Origin: Candidatus Cloacimonadales bacterium
GTDB lineage: Bacteria > Cloacimonadota > Cloacimonadia > Cloacimonadales > JAFGVF01
Length of the DNA: 64,000 nucleotides
Assembly (NCBI GenBank): GCA_963678315.1
Contig: OY782781.1
Location: forward strand, 384,001-448,000
Reading direction: 5' to 3'
The position numbers and the translations under genes were made by a program. Under the pieces are notes generated by a model. The model was not told where the DNA came from. It did not search any database and saw only the letters and a program-made list of their open reading frames with translations. Of the stretch, positions 30,001 through 39,047 are shown in pieces (position 1 is the first letter of the stretch; each line of letters starts with the position of its first letter).

Positions 30001-30716
30001 TCTAGGTCGTTAGTTTGCTCCCCATCTGCATTAACAAAGTTCCAGCCTACAAAGTCATCTACATAACCATTACCATCATCATCTACACCGTTTATATCGT
30101 CTGGATCAAAGACCCATTGACCATTGATAAATTCAATTGTATGACCATCATTATCTAAATCTTCACCTAGATTATTCCAAATGTTATCAACTAAGTCTTC
30201 ATGCTTCCAGTCAATACCTGAATCAACAATAGCTACTATTATTTCTTCAGTACCATCTTGACCTTTATGAATATCCCAAGCTTCTTCAGATTGAATTCTT
30301 TGAATATGGTGCAGGCTTGAATAACTTGCATCATTAGGTACAGCATCAGGATAGAAGATAGGCATTGCTTCAGCGTATTCTATTTTTTCTGATATATTTA
30401 GTTGTTTTAGAATAGGGGCAATTGAGTCTCTTTCTTGAAAGCTTAACACTAAGAATCTATCTAATGAATTTCTTTCCATAAGCTTTGTTTTAGCTAATCT
30501 TTCTACATGATTAATCTCTAAACCAGTAAGAAGTGCTTTTAGTTCAGGTTCAAGACTTATATCTTCTTGATGTCTAGTGATTTTAACCTCAGGGCTAAGC
30601 TTTACGATAACTCTATCAAGGTAATATTGTTGTCTTCCCTGTTCATCATAAAGTTCATAACTCAATAGGTTTAATAGACTTAATAATAACAAACATAATA
30701 TAGCAATTTTCTTCAT
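27087..30716 (-). CDS. S8 subtilisin-like serine peptidase with PKD, LamG and FlgD-Ig/T9SS-type C-terminal domain
   Basis: Triad VAIVDSG, HGTHCSG, GTSMASP; PKD WDFDNDG; LamG FTIEMW..WHHLA; NYPNPF..YNIKGQLV..SAGIYLY. Confidence 0.92.
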   Translation of the reverse strand: MKKIAILCLLLLSLLNLLSYELYDEQGRQQYYLDRVIVKLSPEVKITRHQEDISLEPELKALLTGLEINHVERLAKTKLMERNSLDRFLVLSFQERDSIAPILKQLNISEKIEYAEAMPIFYPDAVPNDASYSSLHHIQRIQSEEAWDIHKGQDGTEEIIVAIVDSGIDWKHEDLVDNIWNNLGEDLDNDGHTIEFINGQWVFDPDDINGVDDDGNGYVDDFVGWNFVNADGEQTNDLDDPSHHGTHCSGLAAGVTNNETGIASISWNVTLMGTGHDSDGGNAYESNCFDGIVYALENGADVISCSWGTGMYSRSYEEIIQEMIGETVILASAGNSNWGKTHYPSGYSNIISVASTASNDVKAYYSSYGIACDISSPGGDSEVDGGLLSTIPGGYASFQGTSMASPFAAGLTALIKSQHPEWTRERVTQQLLATCDNIDQENPNYINKLGAGRINAYRALSEVNPSVTPQLKLELSRVENDAILTEGASVNLSVNIKNYASLTETDNLNLVLSSSTEGVNITNSSWTGYCPADWNMDIQDAFTVEIGQVSVDSLHFTITSSADIDIVYGQEMDFYLPVNNQNKIFIWDHNLNGNDMSGNIVMDFCNNYDIAYDYACENDLPESFLGYKAIFLSWGPPAPYPYYDNHPNIDDYISPLIVDYLENGGNVYIEGRSVMYNQSGQIWVNIDNNTADYFGVSVEDGELYTGTYSGADGSIIEGLGFEDILFDSIGSIDKFTPINGAIELLEADEYGTVAVQYDTGEYKTICSSISLQSLGRGQNFDEREFYLKKILQYLEVPFLTADFTTESIAGHSPLEVDLNNLTIGYPDEYDIAWDFDNDGSIDSNDANPTYTFTEYGSHDVRMIVTSSFNDIEVIKNNFIKVFDGTSSVEIDEEFQSVNLGNSYDLSSDFTIEMWFNPSNWGNIPNVGFAQVWSWGYNGITLIDEFTDYQNTLAFWVSTEEGYDRIYCNNDAITLGQWHHLAVSYSSVDGYKILINGQEQELSSDLASPLLSLNEDLILGNTSSANRTMLGRFDQVRIYDSALSTNEIVNQMNDSGQGSTTNQVAYYGFNEGSGSSAINEITGTSDAILEGASWGFAVPFETTPISEDQVETPNYIAISNYPNPFKPASGREQGTTISFDIKEKAFVNLEVYNIKGQLVKVLLADELNSGSHNVVWNGCNEKGNKVSAGIYLYRIRNGKYSKSKKMLLMK

Positions 30717-30738
30717 TTATTCTCCAGTTATTTTAATC

Positions 30739-31524
30739 TTAATCAAATACTTTTTTGTGACGATATTTATCTTTAAAGAATATAGCACCTTCATATTTAT
30801 CAGCATTTGCAAAAGCTTTATAGCCACACAAGACCATCCAATTATCGATAGTAGTATCATGTGTATATTCTACTTGATCAGGTATTTTCTTTGAATCAAG
30901 ATTATATACTTGTCTTTGACTATCTTCAATAGCCCATTCTATGTTCATAAATCTCTTTCTGGATTGACCATAAACTTTATTTAGCTGAGAATTTTCAACA
31001 AGCTTAATCAGCATTGAATTCATCAACTCTCTTTCGCTTTCAAAACATTCTATCTCTTTTCTACTAAAGAATATATATCTACCAGGATATTGCAGAGAGC
31101 TATCTGCATTTTCAAGTACAATTGCAGTAAGATCATCATTAATGCCAACTACTAATTTGAGCATCAGATTGATATATTCCTGAGCATCTTTCTGAGGGTT
31201 TAGTTTCTCCTTAAATTTATTATATAAGAATCTTTCAACTTCTACATACTCCACTTGCCAGTTAGATGAATATTCATCAACACTATTATCACAAACTGTT
31301 TTAACAATTTCTTTGTTGTTACTAATTATAGCTTGATATTGTTGAGAGGTTCTTTTCTGGAATTTTACAATTTCTTTCTTAGAAGGTAAGCTTTCCTCAA
31401 TCAAATCTTGCAGAGATGTGTCTCTAGTTTCAGTCTTTGCTTCTTCACACTTCTTATCGAGTTGAAAAGAACTACAAGCAAAACATAGAATGACTACTAA
31501 TATTAAACCCAATAAATGTTTCAT
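30739..31524 (-). CDS. Lipoprotein, possibly degenerate M48 peptidase-like
   Basis: Lipobox FAC; segment YPGRYIFFSRKEIECFESERELMNSML resembles the M48 core but lacks HEXXH. Confidence 0.55.
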   Translation of the reverse strand: MKHLLGLILVVILCFACSSFQLDKKCEEAKTETRDTSLQDLIEESLPSKKEIVKFQKRTSQQYQAIISNNKEIVKTVCDNSVDEYSSNWQVEYVEVERFLYNKFKEKLNPQKDAQEYINLMLKLVVGINDDLTAIVLENADSSLQYPGRYIFFSRKEIECFESERELMNSMLIKLVENSQLNKVYGQSRKRFMNIEWAIEDSQRQVYNLDSKKIPDQVEYTHDTTIDNWMVLCGYKAFANADKYEGAIFFKDKYRHKKVFD

Positions 31525-31538
31525 CTTTCCTCCATTTC

Positions 31539-32684
31539 TTATAACAAAGCTTTGTTTTTCAACTCTTGGTAGAGCTTGTCATTGTTTATTAATTCTTCTA
31601 TCATACCTGTTTTTATTAAGATATCAAACTCTGATTCTAAGTCTAAGTAAGTTATTTTTCTTGAGCTTCTTATTCTAGAATTAAACTCAATATACCATTC
31701 TTTATAGTCATTGTATGAGCTTACTAATCTATTTATGGATTTCGTATAATCTTTGTAAAGAAATTTTAACTGTTTTAAGTAAATGTAAATTACATCATAC
31801 TTTGGGAATCTATTCTTATATAATTTGAGAGGAATTACAGGACTTAATTCCCTTTCTTTCATTAGTGCTTCAACCCTAGAATAGAAAGGCTTTGAATAAA
31901 GCCAGTTGGGTGAACCTGATGTAAAGTTCTGACTATAGATTTTTTTATATGCTGGTAAATATTGAGGGTAATATTCATTTAGCATATCAAAGAAGACTTG
32001 TTTATTCTTACCTGGTCTTAATGTTAATGAACCTGGTAAAACAAAATCTACATCAAGAGATTTATACAAATCAAACAATCTTACTAAATCATTCTCATTA
32101 TCTACTATCATAGGAAGTATCGGCATTGCCATAACACCTACTCCTATGCCAAGTTCTTTTATACGCAATATGGTATCAATTCTTTCATCTATTGATGATG
32201 CAGCAGGTTCAATTATCTTCCTATCTTTATCATCTGGGAAGGCTAGTGATAAGGCAATAGTCACTCCTGCTTGCATGTTGAGTTCTTTCAATAAATCAAT
32301 GTCTCTAAGAATATTAGAAGATTTGGTGATTATCATACAGGATTGTTTATGCTTAATAAGAACTTTCAAGGATTCCCTCATTAATTCTTCTTCTAGTTCT
32401 ATTGGTTGATAAGAATCTGAAATACCAGAACCTACAATTGCTATCCCCTTATCACGAAGTTTACTCAAATCTTTATCTAATTGTTCTGCTAAGTTTTTTC
32501 TTATAACAATATCTTTTTCAAAATTCCCTTCTACATAGTATCTTTCAGCCCTGCCATCACAATATTTACATCCATGCTCACATGCCATATAGGGAGAAAA
32601 TGCAAACTTGGTTATAAAATAACTATCAATGAATTTTGATTTTTTTAAGACAGTTTTAACTTCTTTATAGTGTTTCCTTATCAT
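31539..32684 (-). CDS. Radical SAM protein (SplB/Rv2578c-like)
   Basis: PYMACEHGCKYC (CX3CX2C), SDSYQPIE, ITKS..ILRDIDLL, EP.ASS. Start chosen at the ATG at 32684 (ORF track start 32708). Confidence 0.85.
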   Translation of the reverse strand: MIRKHYKEVKTVLKKSKFIDSYFITKFAFSPYMACEHGCKYCDGRAERYYVEGNFEKDIVIRKNLAEQLDKDLSKLRDKGIAIVGSGISDSYQPIELEEELMRESLKVLIKHKQSCMIITKSSNILRDIDLLKELNMQAGVTIALSLAFPDDKDRKIIEPAASSIDERIDTILRIKELGIGVGVMAMPILPMIVDNENDLVRLFDLYKSLDVDFVLPGSLTLRPGKNKQVFFDMLNEYYPQYLPAYKKIYSQNFTSGSPNWLYSKPFYSRVEALMKERELSPVIPLKLYKNRFPKYDVIYIYLKQLKFLYKDYTKSINRLVSSYNDYKEWYIEFNSRIRSSRKITYLDLESEFDILIKTGMIEELINNDKLYQELKNKALL

Positions 32685-32720
32685 AAAATTAATTTTAGTA
32701 CAAAGCACATTAAAGTCAAT

Positions 32721-33890
32721 CTATATCTTATAACTCTTTGGTGAAGTTTTAATGGTTTTCAATTCAACGGGTATTTTTATTTCAAAAATGGTCCTATGCT
32801 CCTCATCTGAAATAAAGCTTGCTTGACCCTGCAGGTATTTAGTAGTTAACAGCTTTATGCCATAAGTACCCAGTCCCCTGTTTGAACCTTTTGTAGAAAA
32901 TGACCTTACAAAAATATTCTTTTGATGTTCAATTGGAATAAGCTTGTTGTTCTTTACTGAGAATTTAGCTAGCTTATCGCTAATCCTTTCACATTTTATC
33001 TGGACTGTTTCACCAATTTCAGCTGACTCCAGAGCATTTTTCAACATATTAATTAAAACACGTTTAAGCAAACTTACATCTGTTTTTAAATTGATTTGAT
33101 TATCATTTATACATCCTGCGTGAATAGATATTGTAGCATCCGAAATATAGAAATTACAGAGACTTATACACTCTTTTATTATTTTTGCAGAAGAGGTAGA
33201 TTTTATTATTGTTTCCCATCGACCAGAGTCAGTTAATTCAATCAAAGTCTGTGAATCAATTTCATCTAATAACTGGTAAGCAGAAGGTTTTAGTAAGCCT
33301 AATAATTCAATCTTATCGTTAACATTTTGTTCGATTTCAATTAATTGAGTATTAGCAATTATTGCCGAAGTTGTATTTCTTATATCATGTAAGAAAGATT
33401 GCATTAAGTTCAGTCTTAACTTTGATTGACTCACATCCTGTACAACAAACATGTTAAGTCTCATTTTATCAATATATATGGGAGTAGAACTAACATCTAA
33501 AGTTAAGTTTCTAACTTCTCCATTTATCATTTGAACTAAATTACATTCTTCCCGTTTGGGATTACCAAAAACAGAACTCATGATTGATTTAAATGCCCCA
33601 CAATATTTACATAGTTTTGTCGTACCACAAGCATATTCTTGGTCTGAACAGTTGATACAATTAAACACTTCTCCAGGTCTAAGACTTAAGATTTTTTCAT
33701 TCTCAGGGCACCCTAAACTTCTCGAAAGTGTATCATTAAAATAGACGATTTGTCTAGTCTGTGTCAGAATAAGTACCCAAACTGGCAAACTGTTAAGAAT
33801 ATCCATCAGATATCTATGGCTATCTAACCTTGCTTTAAGTCCATTAATATCATTAGTGGACATCCTATCCATAACATTGTATTTTTCCAT
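32721..33890 (-). CDS. Cytoplasmic histidine kinase with Cys-rich PAS-like sensor
   Basis: H box FLHDIRNT, NMLKNALE, FSTKGSNRGLGTY; N-terminal RPGEVFNCINC..CGTTKLCKYCG. Confidence 0.85.
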   Translation of the reverse strand: MEKYNVMDRMSTNDINGLKARLDSHRYLMDILNSLPVWVLILTQTRQIVYFNDTLSRSLGCPENEKILSLRPGEVFNCINCSDQEYACGTTKLCKYCGAFKSIMSSVFGNPKREECNLVQMINGEVRNLTLDVSSTPIYIDKMRLNMFVVQDVSQSKLRLNLMQSFLHDIRNTTSAIIANTQLIEIEQNVNDKIELLGLLKPSAYQLLDEIDSQTLIELTDSGRWETIIKSTSSAKIIKECISLCNFYISDATISIHAGCINDNQINLKTDVSLLKRVLINMLKNALESAEIGETVQIKCERISDKLAKFSVKNNKLIPIEHQKNIFVRSFSTKGSNRGLGTYGIKLLTTKYLQGQASFISDEEHRTIFEIKIPVELKTIKTSPKSYKI

Positions 33891-34013
33891 ATTAACCTAC
33901 CTAACTAAAATATAAGCTACCTTAAAGTGTTGTCAATAATTATTATATATTATTTTTTTGCTTTATTTTACATCATTACTTACTTCTTGCTAAACTACGA
34001 TTATAAGAAGATA

Positions 34014-34046
34014 AAAAGTAGGAGGTAAGACGCTACTCACCTCCTC
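34014..34046 (-). terminator. Terminator after small two-gene module
   Basis: Minus strand AGGAGGTGAG-TAGCGT-CTTACCTCCT-ACTTTTT. Confidence 0.7.
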
Positions 34047-34056
34047 ATAAGAAAAT

Positions 34057-34302
34057 TTATTTACTAGCTTCGAAGTTAAATAAAAATGTTAATATAACTT
34101 CCACTAAAGCTTGTATTAGAATTCTCTCGATAAATTCAGGGACATAAGGAATATCTAATAGTTGATTTATCTTTTCAGTTAACATTTCCAACAATTCTTT
34201 ATCGATTTCCTGGCTATCTAGCTTATTCTCATTTGATAAAAGTTCTACAATTTCACTTACACTGCTTAAAACTTGCTTTAATTCATCCTTTCTTACTGTC
34301 AT
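34057..34302 (-). CDS. Small hypothetical protein (phage-like)
   Basis: 81 aa; RBS AAGGAG inside the upstream ORF end; motif INQLLDIPYVPEFIE; followed by a terminator. Confidence 0.7.
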   Translation of the reverse strand: MTVRKDELKQVLSSVSEIVELLSNENKLDSQEIDKELLEMLTEKINQLLDIPYVPEFIERILIQALVEVILTFLFNFEASK

Positions 34303-34304
34303 AA

Positions 34305-34475
34305 TTAAACTCCTTTAATAACAATTAAGTTCATAATGGTTAACCCTGCTGATATAACTGATAATCCTACTTTCAATATCCTACTTCTTAACTTGTGTTC
34401 ACTAATATGACTATCAATCCGATTTTCAATAGTCACTAATTTAGACATGATTGCCAAATATTCTTTGTTAGACAT
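34305..34475 (-). CDS. 56-aa small membrane protein (coiled coil plus C-terminal hydrophobic helix)
   Basis: Not in ORF track. Strong RBS AGGAGGAG; MSNKEYLAIMSKLVTIENRIDSHISEHKLRSRILKVGLSVISAGLTIMNLIVIKGV; its stop lies 2 nt before the next ATG. Confidence 0.7.
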   Translation of the reverse strand: MSNKEYLAIMSKLVTIENRIDSHISEHKLRSRILKVGLSVISAGLTIMNLIVIKGV

Positions 34476-34624
34476 TTTCTCCTCCTAAACAAATAGAAAT
34501 TCATTACCCTTCATATATACTATGGACTCACTTTTTGTAAAAAAGGCACACTTTTGGAAAATATTTCAAATTTTTTGAAAAAATACCCCTTCAGTAATAC
34601 CAAAACACCGTATTTTTAACCTGC

Positions 34625-35026
34625 CCTTACTAGCCTCATTGAAAAATCGGCTTTTTTTCAAGGAGGCAAGTAAAGCTGGAGTTAGGACATCAGCTGCTAG
34701 CTGGCTAAAACTGGGAACGCTGTGCCTTTAGTCCGGCTACTGCCGGATAGCTGGCTAATAATACTGGGAACGCTGGCCTCCGTGCCGGCTTTTGTATTTA
34801 AATATATGCTAAACATATATTTAAATCTCTTATATAACCTACTTTCGTAGGTTTGGCCATCAGGGACGATGGCGTTCCGACTCTGCAGGATAAAGCAGAG
34901 AAGTAAATTTTTGTGTAAACTGGGAATGCTGTAGAGACGTTTGGAAAAACGTCTCAATTGCAAGCAAGGACCGTGACAGGCGAAGACTGATGGCTACAAT
35001 CCTGGTGTAGAGACCTTTTGCAAAAC
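34625..35026. repeat. Intergenic REP-like repeat island 3
   Basis: Long hairpin 34625-34673, CTGGGAAC units 34690-34790, inverted REPIN-like element 34763-34890, GTAGAGAC modules at 34931 and 35007. Confidence 0.85.
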
Positions 35027-35051
35027 AATTTGGATAAAAATAAAATAAAAC

Positions 35052-35079
35052 TTGATTAATTACAGCTATAGTGTATAAT
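35052..35079 (+). promoter_or_regulatory. Sigma70-type promoter of prxU
   Basis: TTGATT-16-TATAAT upstream of RBS AAGGAG. Confidence 0.5.
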
Positions 35080-35123
35080 ATAGCTATCATTGAAATTACT
35101 TAAATCAAGCAAAGGAGTTTGTT

Positions 35124-35831
35124 ATGGGTGAAAAAGCCGTAGGTTGTGCTAGACCTATTTCAAAAGTAGAGAAGCAACCTCAAAAAACAGTTGAAGAAGA
35201 AGTTACAAAGGAGATAAAAATGGATATTGCAAGAGTTGGACAAAAAGCACCAGATTTTGAAGCACCAGCATATTACAAAGGTGGATTCACATCTGTAAAG
35301 CTTTCAGATTTTATAGGGAAATGGGTAGTATTATGTTTCTATCCTGGTGATTTTACTTTCGTCTGAGCAACTGAAGTGTCAGCGGTCGCTGCCAATTATG
35401 AAAAACTTCAAGAACTTGGTGCAGAAGTAATCTCAATGAGTGTTGATAGTCAATTTGTACACAAAGTATGGAATGATCAAGAATTAAATAAAATGGCTGA
35501 AAGGGATGTTCCTTTCCACATGGCATCAGATGGTGCAGGTCACGTTGGTTCAATGTATGGTGTTTATGATCAAGCATCAGGAGTTGAATTTAGAGGACGT
35601 TTCATTATAGATCCAGATGGTGTAATTCAAGCTATGGAAGTCTTAACTCCACCAGTAGGTAGAAAATTAGAAGAGACAATTAGACAAATTAAAGCTTACC
35701 AACATGTACGCAAAACCCAAGGGGCAGAGGTTTGTCCTGCTGGCTGGGAACCAGGTAAAAAAGTTCTTAAACCAGGACCAGACTTAGTTGCAAATGTATG
35801 GAAAGAGTGGAGTCCACTAAAAGATCATTAG
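35124..35831 (+). CDS. prxU: Selenocysteine-containing 2-Cys-type peroxiredoxin (AhpC/TSA; Sec at TGA 35364-35366)
   Basis: ORFs 35124-35366 and 35376-35831 are in frame. FYPGDFTFV[TGA]ATE puts the TGA at the peroxidatic Cys; resolving VCPAGW is present. Confidence 0.9.
35367..35395 (+). promoter_or_regulatory. Candidate bacterial SECIS hairpin
   Basis: CAGC-GGTC-GCTG stem-loop starting 14 nt after the TGA, with a G-containing apical loop. Confidence 0.6.
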
Positions 35832-35865
35832 ACTATAAGCGACAAATGTAATTCAATGATAGATT

Positions 35866-35893
35866 AAGACGTCTAAATGGGCGTCTTTTTTTT
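35866..35893 (+). terminator. Terminator after prxU
   Basis: AAGACGTCT-AAA-TGGGCGTCTT followed by T run. Confidence 0.8.
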
Positions 35894-36048
35894 GTTTCTT
35901 GTTCAAGTTCAATGGAGATATCTCCTAACTAAATTCTAGAGTAAACCCACATAATAATATTTTTTACAATTCTAATAAGCAAGTAGTCAAGGGATAATAT
36001 CCTGATTAATAAAGAATTATTTACGAAAATAGTCTTGACTTAAATAAG

Positions 36049-36068
36049 CATACCTACCGTTTGGTATG
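36049..36068. promoter_or_regulatory. Probable TetR operator
   Basis: CATACC-TACCGTTT-GGTATG palindrome just downstream of TTGACT (36035) and upstream of tetR. Confidence 0.65.
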
Positions 36069-36102
36069 TATAAATAATTAAGAAATAAAAGAAGGACTAT
36101 AT

Positions 36103-36714
36103 ATGAGGAAAACTAAGAGTGATGCCGAAGCAACCAAGTTAAAAATTTTGGAATCAGCCTTAGACATTTTTTCAGATAAGGGATATGATGGAACTTCAAT
36201 CTCGGATATATGCAAAAAAGCCCAGATAACTAAAGGAGCTTTGTATTGGCATTTCGAGAGTAAGCAAGCCCTTTATACATATCTGATTAAATCTATCTTT
36301 GATGAGATTATAGAGAGATCACATGAATTGGATTCTTATGAAGACCAACCTTTAATAGCTTTGCGTAACTTTACTAAGAACTTCTTAAATGAAATAGCTG
36401 AGAATGAAACCTACCAAACAGCATTAAAGTTGTTTGTAAGAGAGTTCAAACTTGATACTTCAGATATTTTTTCAGATTTAATTGAAGACTTACAAAAGAG
36501 CTTTGATCTAGCTTATATCTTTGAGCAATCAATAAAATCTAAGAACTTAACAGATATCTTAACAGCAGAAGAGTATTCAACATTATACAATTCTCTATTA
36601 GATAACTGTATTATTAATTGGTTATGGTCTACAGAAGATTTTGATTTAGTAGAAAGAGGAATAAAGAATTTTAATTATATATTTAGATTAGATCTTAATA
36701 AGGAGAAAAAATGA
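36103..36714 (+). CDS. TetR/AcrR family regulator
   Basis: MRKTK..A..T..KILESAL..F..KGY..TSI..I...A.ITKGALYWHFESK HTH. Confidence 0.95.
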   Translation: MRKTKSDAEATKLKILESALDIFSDKGYDGTSISDICKKAQITKGALYWHFESKQALYTYLIKSIFDEIIERSHELDSYEDQPLIALRNFTKNFLNEIAENETYQTALKLFVREFKLDTSDIFSDLIEDLQKSFDLAYIFEQSIKSKNLTDILTAEEYSTLYNSLLDNCIINWLWSTEDFDLVERGIKNFNYIFRLDLNKEKK

Positions 36715-37985
36715 AAGTTAAAGTAATATTAATATTGGTGTTGCTACCAGTATTAGCTTGGGGAATTACTTTAGAAGAAGCCGAGAAAATGACCTTAGAA
36801 AACAACAAAGATCTTATTACTGCTAGGCAAGAGAAAGAAGGATCTTATGCTAATTACAAAAGCGTCAAAGGCTCTATCTTTCCACAAGTTAACCTCAGTG
36901 GATCTTATGGTGTAAAGAAGACAGACATTCCAAAGGTGATTCCTCCAGGTGTAATGGCTGAAAAAGAACTTCCCTTGAATACAGTTTTATCAATGCAACA
37001 AATTCTATTTTCATCAGATGTATTTAATGGTTTAAAAGCCGCTAAAGTCTACACAGATATTAATAATACAAATTTGAAGATAGTGGAGAACAATGTCCTC
37101 TTTCAAACAAGACGATTATTCTATTCAGCTCTTCTAGCTAAAGAAGTCTTAGATATTCAGAGAGATGCAGTGAATATTGCTAATGCGCATTATGAGAGAG
37201 TCAAGGATATGTACGAACAAGGTGTAGTTTCAGAATATGATGAGCTACGGGCTAAACTTCAAGTAAAAGAGCTACTTCCAGAAGTTGAAAGAGCAAAAAA
37301 CAACTTCTTATTAGCAAAGATAGCTCTGCAAAATCAAATTGGTTCAGAAATCGAGATTGATAAAGTTGAAGGAACATTTAATATAACTGACTTTGTTAAA
37401 TTCAACTTAGATGAAGCCATTACAGAAGGTTTGAAGAACAGATTAGAGTTACAAGCTTCAAAACTGAATAGTGATATTTTAGAGATACAATACAAAAATC
37501 AACAGAAATCATACTTGCCAACTCTAGCTCTAAATGCTAGTTTAACAAATTTCACATATACCAATGATTATGATGTTGAAAGCGATAATTTTGGAAATAT
37601 CTATGAAGCATCTCTTAACTTTTCTGTACCAATATTTACTGGATTCACTAACAAGAATACAGAAAAGAAGTACAAGTATGAGTGGTTAAATGCTGAAACA
37701 GCAGATTCTAAATTAAGAGATAGTATTAAGCTAGAAATAACTTCTCATTTCTATGGCTTACAAAAGAACATTGTAAGTCTTGTTACTGCTGAAGAAAATA
37801 TAAGTCTTGCTCAAAGAGCACTTACAATTGCCCAAGAAAGATATAATAATCAATTGGGAACATATCTTGATGTAGAGACTGCCCAATTAAGCTATAAACA
37901 AGCTAATTTAAACTACAAAGTCATTGTTCATGATTTAATAGACTCGTATGAAAGTTTACTTAAATCTGTTGGTAGAGAATTTTAA
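36711..37985 (+). CDS. TolC family outer membrane efflux protein
   Basis: Signal peptide, two OEP repeats (FPQVNLSG, YLPTLAL, ERYNNQLGTYLDV); operon context. Confidence 0.9.
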   Translation: MKVKVILILVLLPVLAWGITLEEAEKMTLENNKDLITARQEKEGSYANYKSVKGSIFPQVNLSGSYGVKKTDIPKVIPPGVMAEKELPLNTVLSMQQILFSSDVFNGLKAAKVYTDINNTNLKIVENNVLFQTRRLFYSALLAKEVLDIQRDAVNIANAHYERVKDMYEQGVVSEYDELRAKLQVKELLPEVERAKNNFLLAKIALQNQIGSEIEIDKVEGTFNITDFVKFNLDEAITEGLKNRLELQASKLNSDILEIQYKNQQKSYLPTLALNASLTNFTYTNDYDVESDNFGNIYEASLNFSVPIFTGFTNKNTEKKYKYEWLNAETADSKLRDSIKLEITSHFYGLQKNIVSLVTAEENISLAQRALTIAQERYNNQLGTYLDVETAQLSYKQANLNYKVIVHDLIDSYESLLKSVGREF

Positions 37986-38002
37986 GATTTAGGAGAATTA
38001 TT

Positions 38003-39037
38003 ATGTATAAAAAATATATTTTATTGTCACTAGCAGTGTTATTATTAGCTACAGGCTGTAGCAAGAAAAATGAGAATAAGATTGAAGCAAAAAGCCTGGA
38101 AGCTACTTATAGAGAAAATGGTGTGCCTGTAAGAGTTGAATCTATAACTAAAGATGAGTTTACTAAATTCCAGACTTATTATTCAGAGATTATGCCCAAC
38201 AAAAGAACTGTTCTTTATGCTAAGATGGAAGATAGAATTTCAAAGATTAATGCTAAACCTGGCGATTATGTATCAAAAGGAACCAAGGTAATTGAGTTTC
38301 CAGAAGATAATACTAGAAATGGTATTCAAGAAACTCAAGCAAATTATGATTTTGCTTTAAATAATATGAACAGGATGAAGGAGCTTCTTAATAGTGGTGC
38401 TATAAGCCAACAAGAGTATGATGGTATTGAAACTCAATATAAGCAAGCAAAAGCTTCTCTAGATTATATTGATAATATTCTTGATGTTACTGCCCCATAT
38501 AATGGATATATAACAGAACTTCCTGTTTCTGAAAATGACCATGTATTCATAGATGATCCCCTTTTTGCTATTGCTGATTTAAGCAAGTTGAAATCTACTA
38601 TTTGGGTAAATGAGAATGATATCGAGTTTATTAAGAAGAACATGGAAGCCACTGCAACTTGGAAAGACTACACAATTTCAGGAAAAGTTACAAATGTGTC
38701 TTTAACAATGGATTCTCAACGTAGAGCATTCAGGGTTGAAATTGTTTTCGACAACACTGAGATGAATTTCAAAACAGGTGTAACGGCAGAAATCAATCTT
38801 CAATTATATAAGAAAACTAGTGTAATTAACATACCTTATACAATGATAAGAAGTATTGAGTCAACTCCCTTTGTATGGATAGCAGAGGATAATAAAGCTG
38901 TTAAGAGAGAAATTACTCTCGGACTAACCGGAAAAGATAAAATTGAAATCACTAGCGGTCTTCAAGAAGGTGAACTCCTAATCAGTGAAGGCTATCATAT
39001 TGTTTCAGAGAATGATAAATTGAAGATAATGGATTAG
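38003..39037 (+). CDS. RND periplasmic adaptor (membrane fusion lipoprotein)
   Basis: Lipobox TGC, PGDYVSKG, VTAPYNGYI, EITSGLQEGE. Confidence 0.92.
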   Translation: MYKKYILLSLAVLLLATGCSKKNENKIEAKSLEATYRENGVPVRVESITKDEFTKFQTYYSEIMPNKRTVLYAKMEDRISKINAKPGDYVSKGTKVIEFPEDNTRNGIQETQANYDFALNNMNRMKELLNSGAISQQEYDGIETQYKQAKASLDYIDNILDVTAPYNGYITELPVSENDHVFIDDPLFAIADLSKLKSTIWVNENDIEFIKKNMEATATWKDYTISGKVTNVSLTMDSQRRAFRVEIVFDNTEMNFKTGVTAEINLQLYKKTSVINIPYTMIRSIESTPFVWIAEDNKAVKREITLGLTGKDKIEITSGLQEGELLISEGYHIVSENDKLKIMD

Positions 39038-39047
39038 AGGTTTAATA

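Noticed and set aside
35364..35366. Pseudogene or genome-wide TGA reassignment
   Set aside because: The TGA sits at the catalytic Cys with a SECIS-like hairpin, and other genes end normally at TGA.
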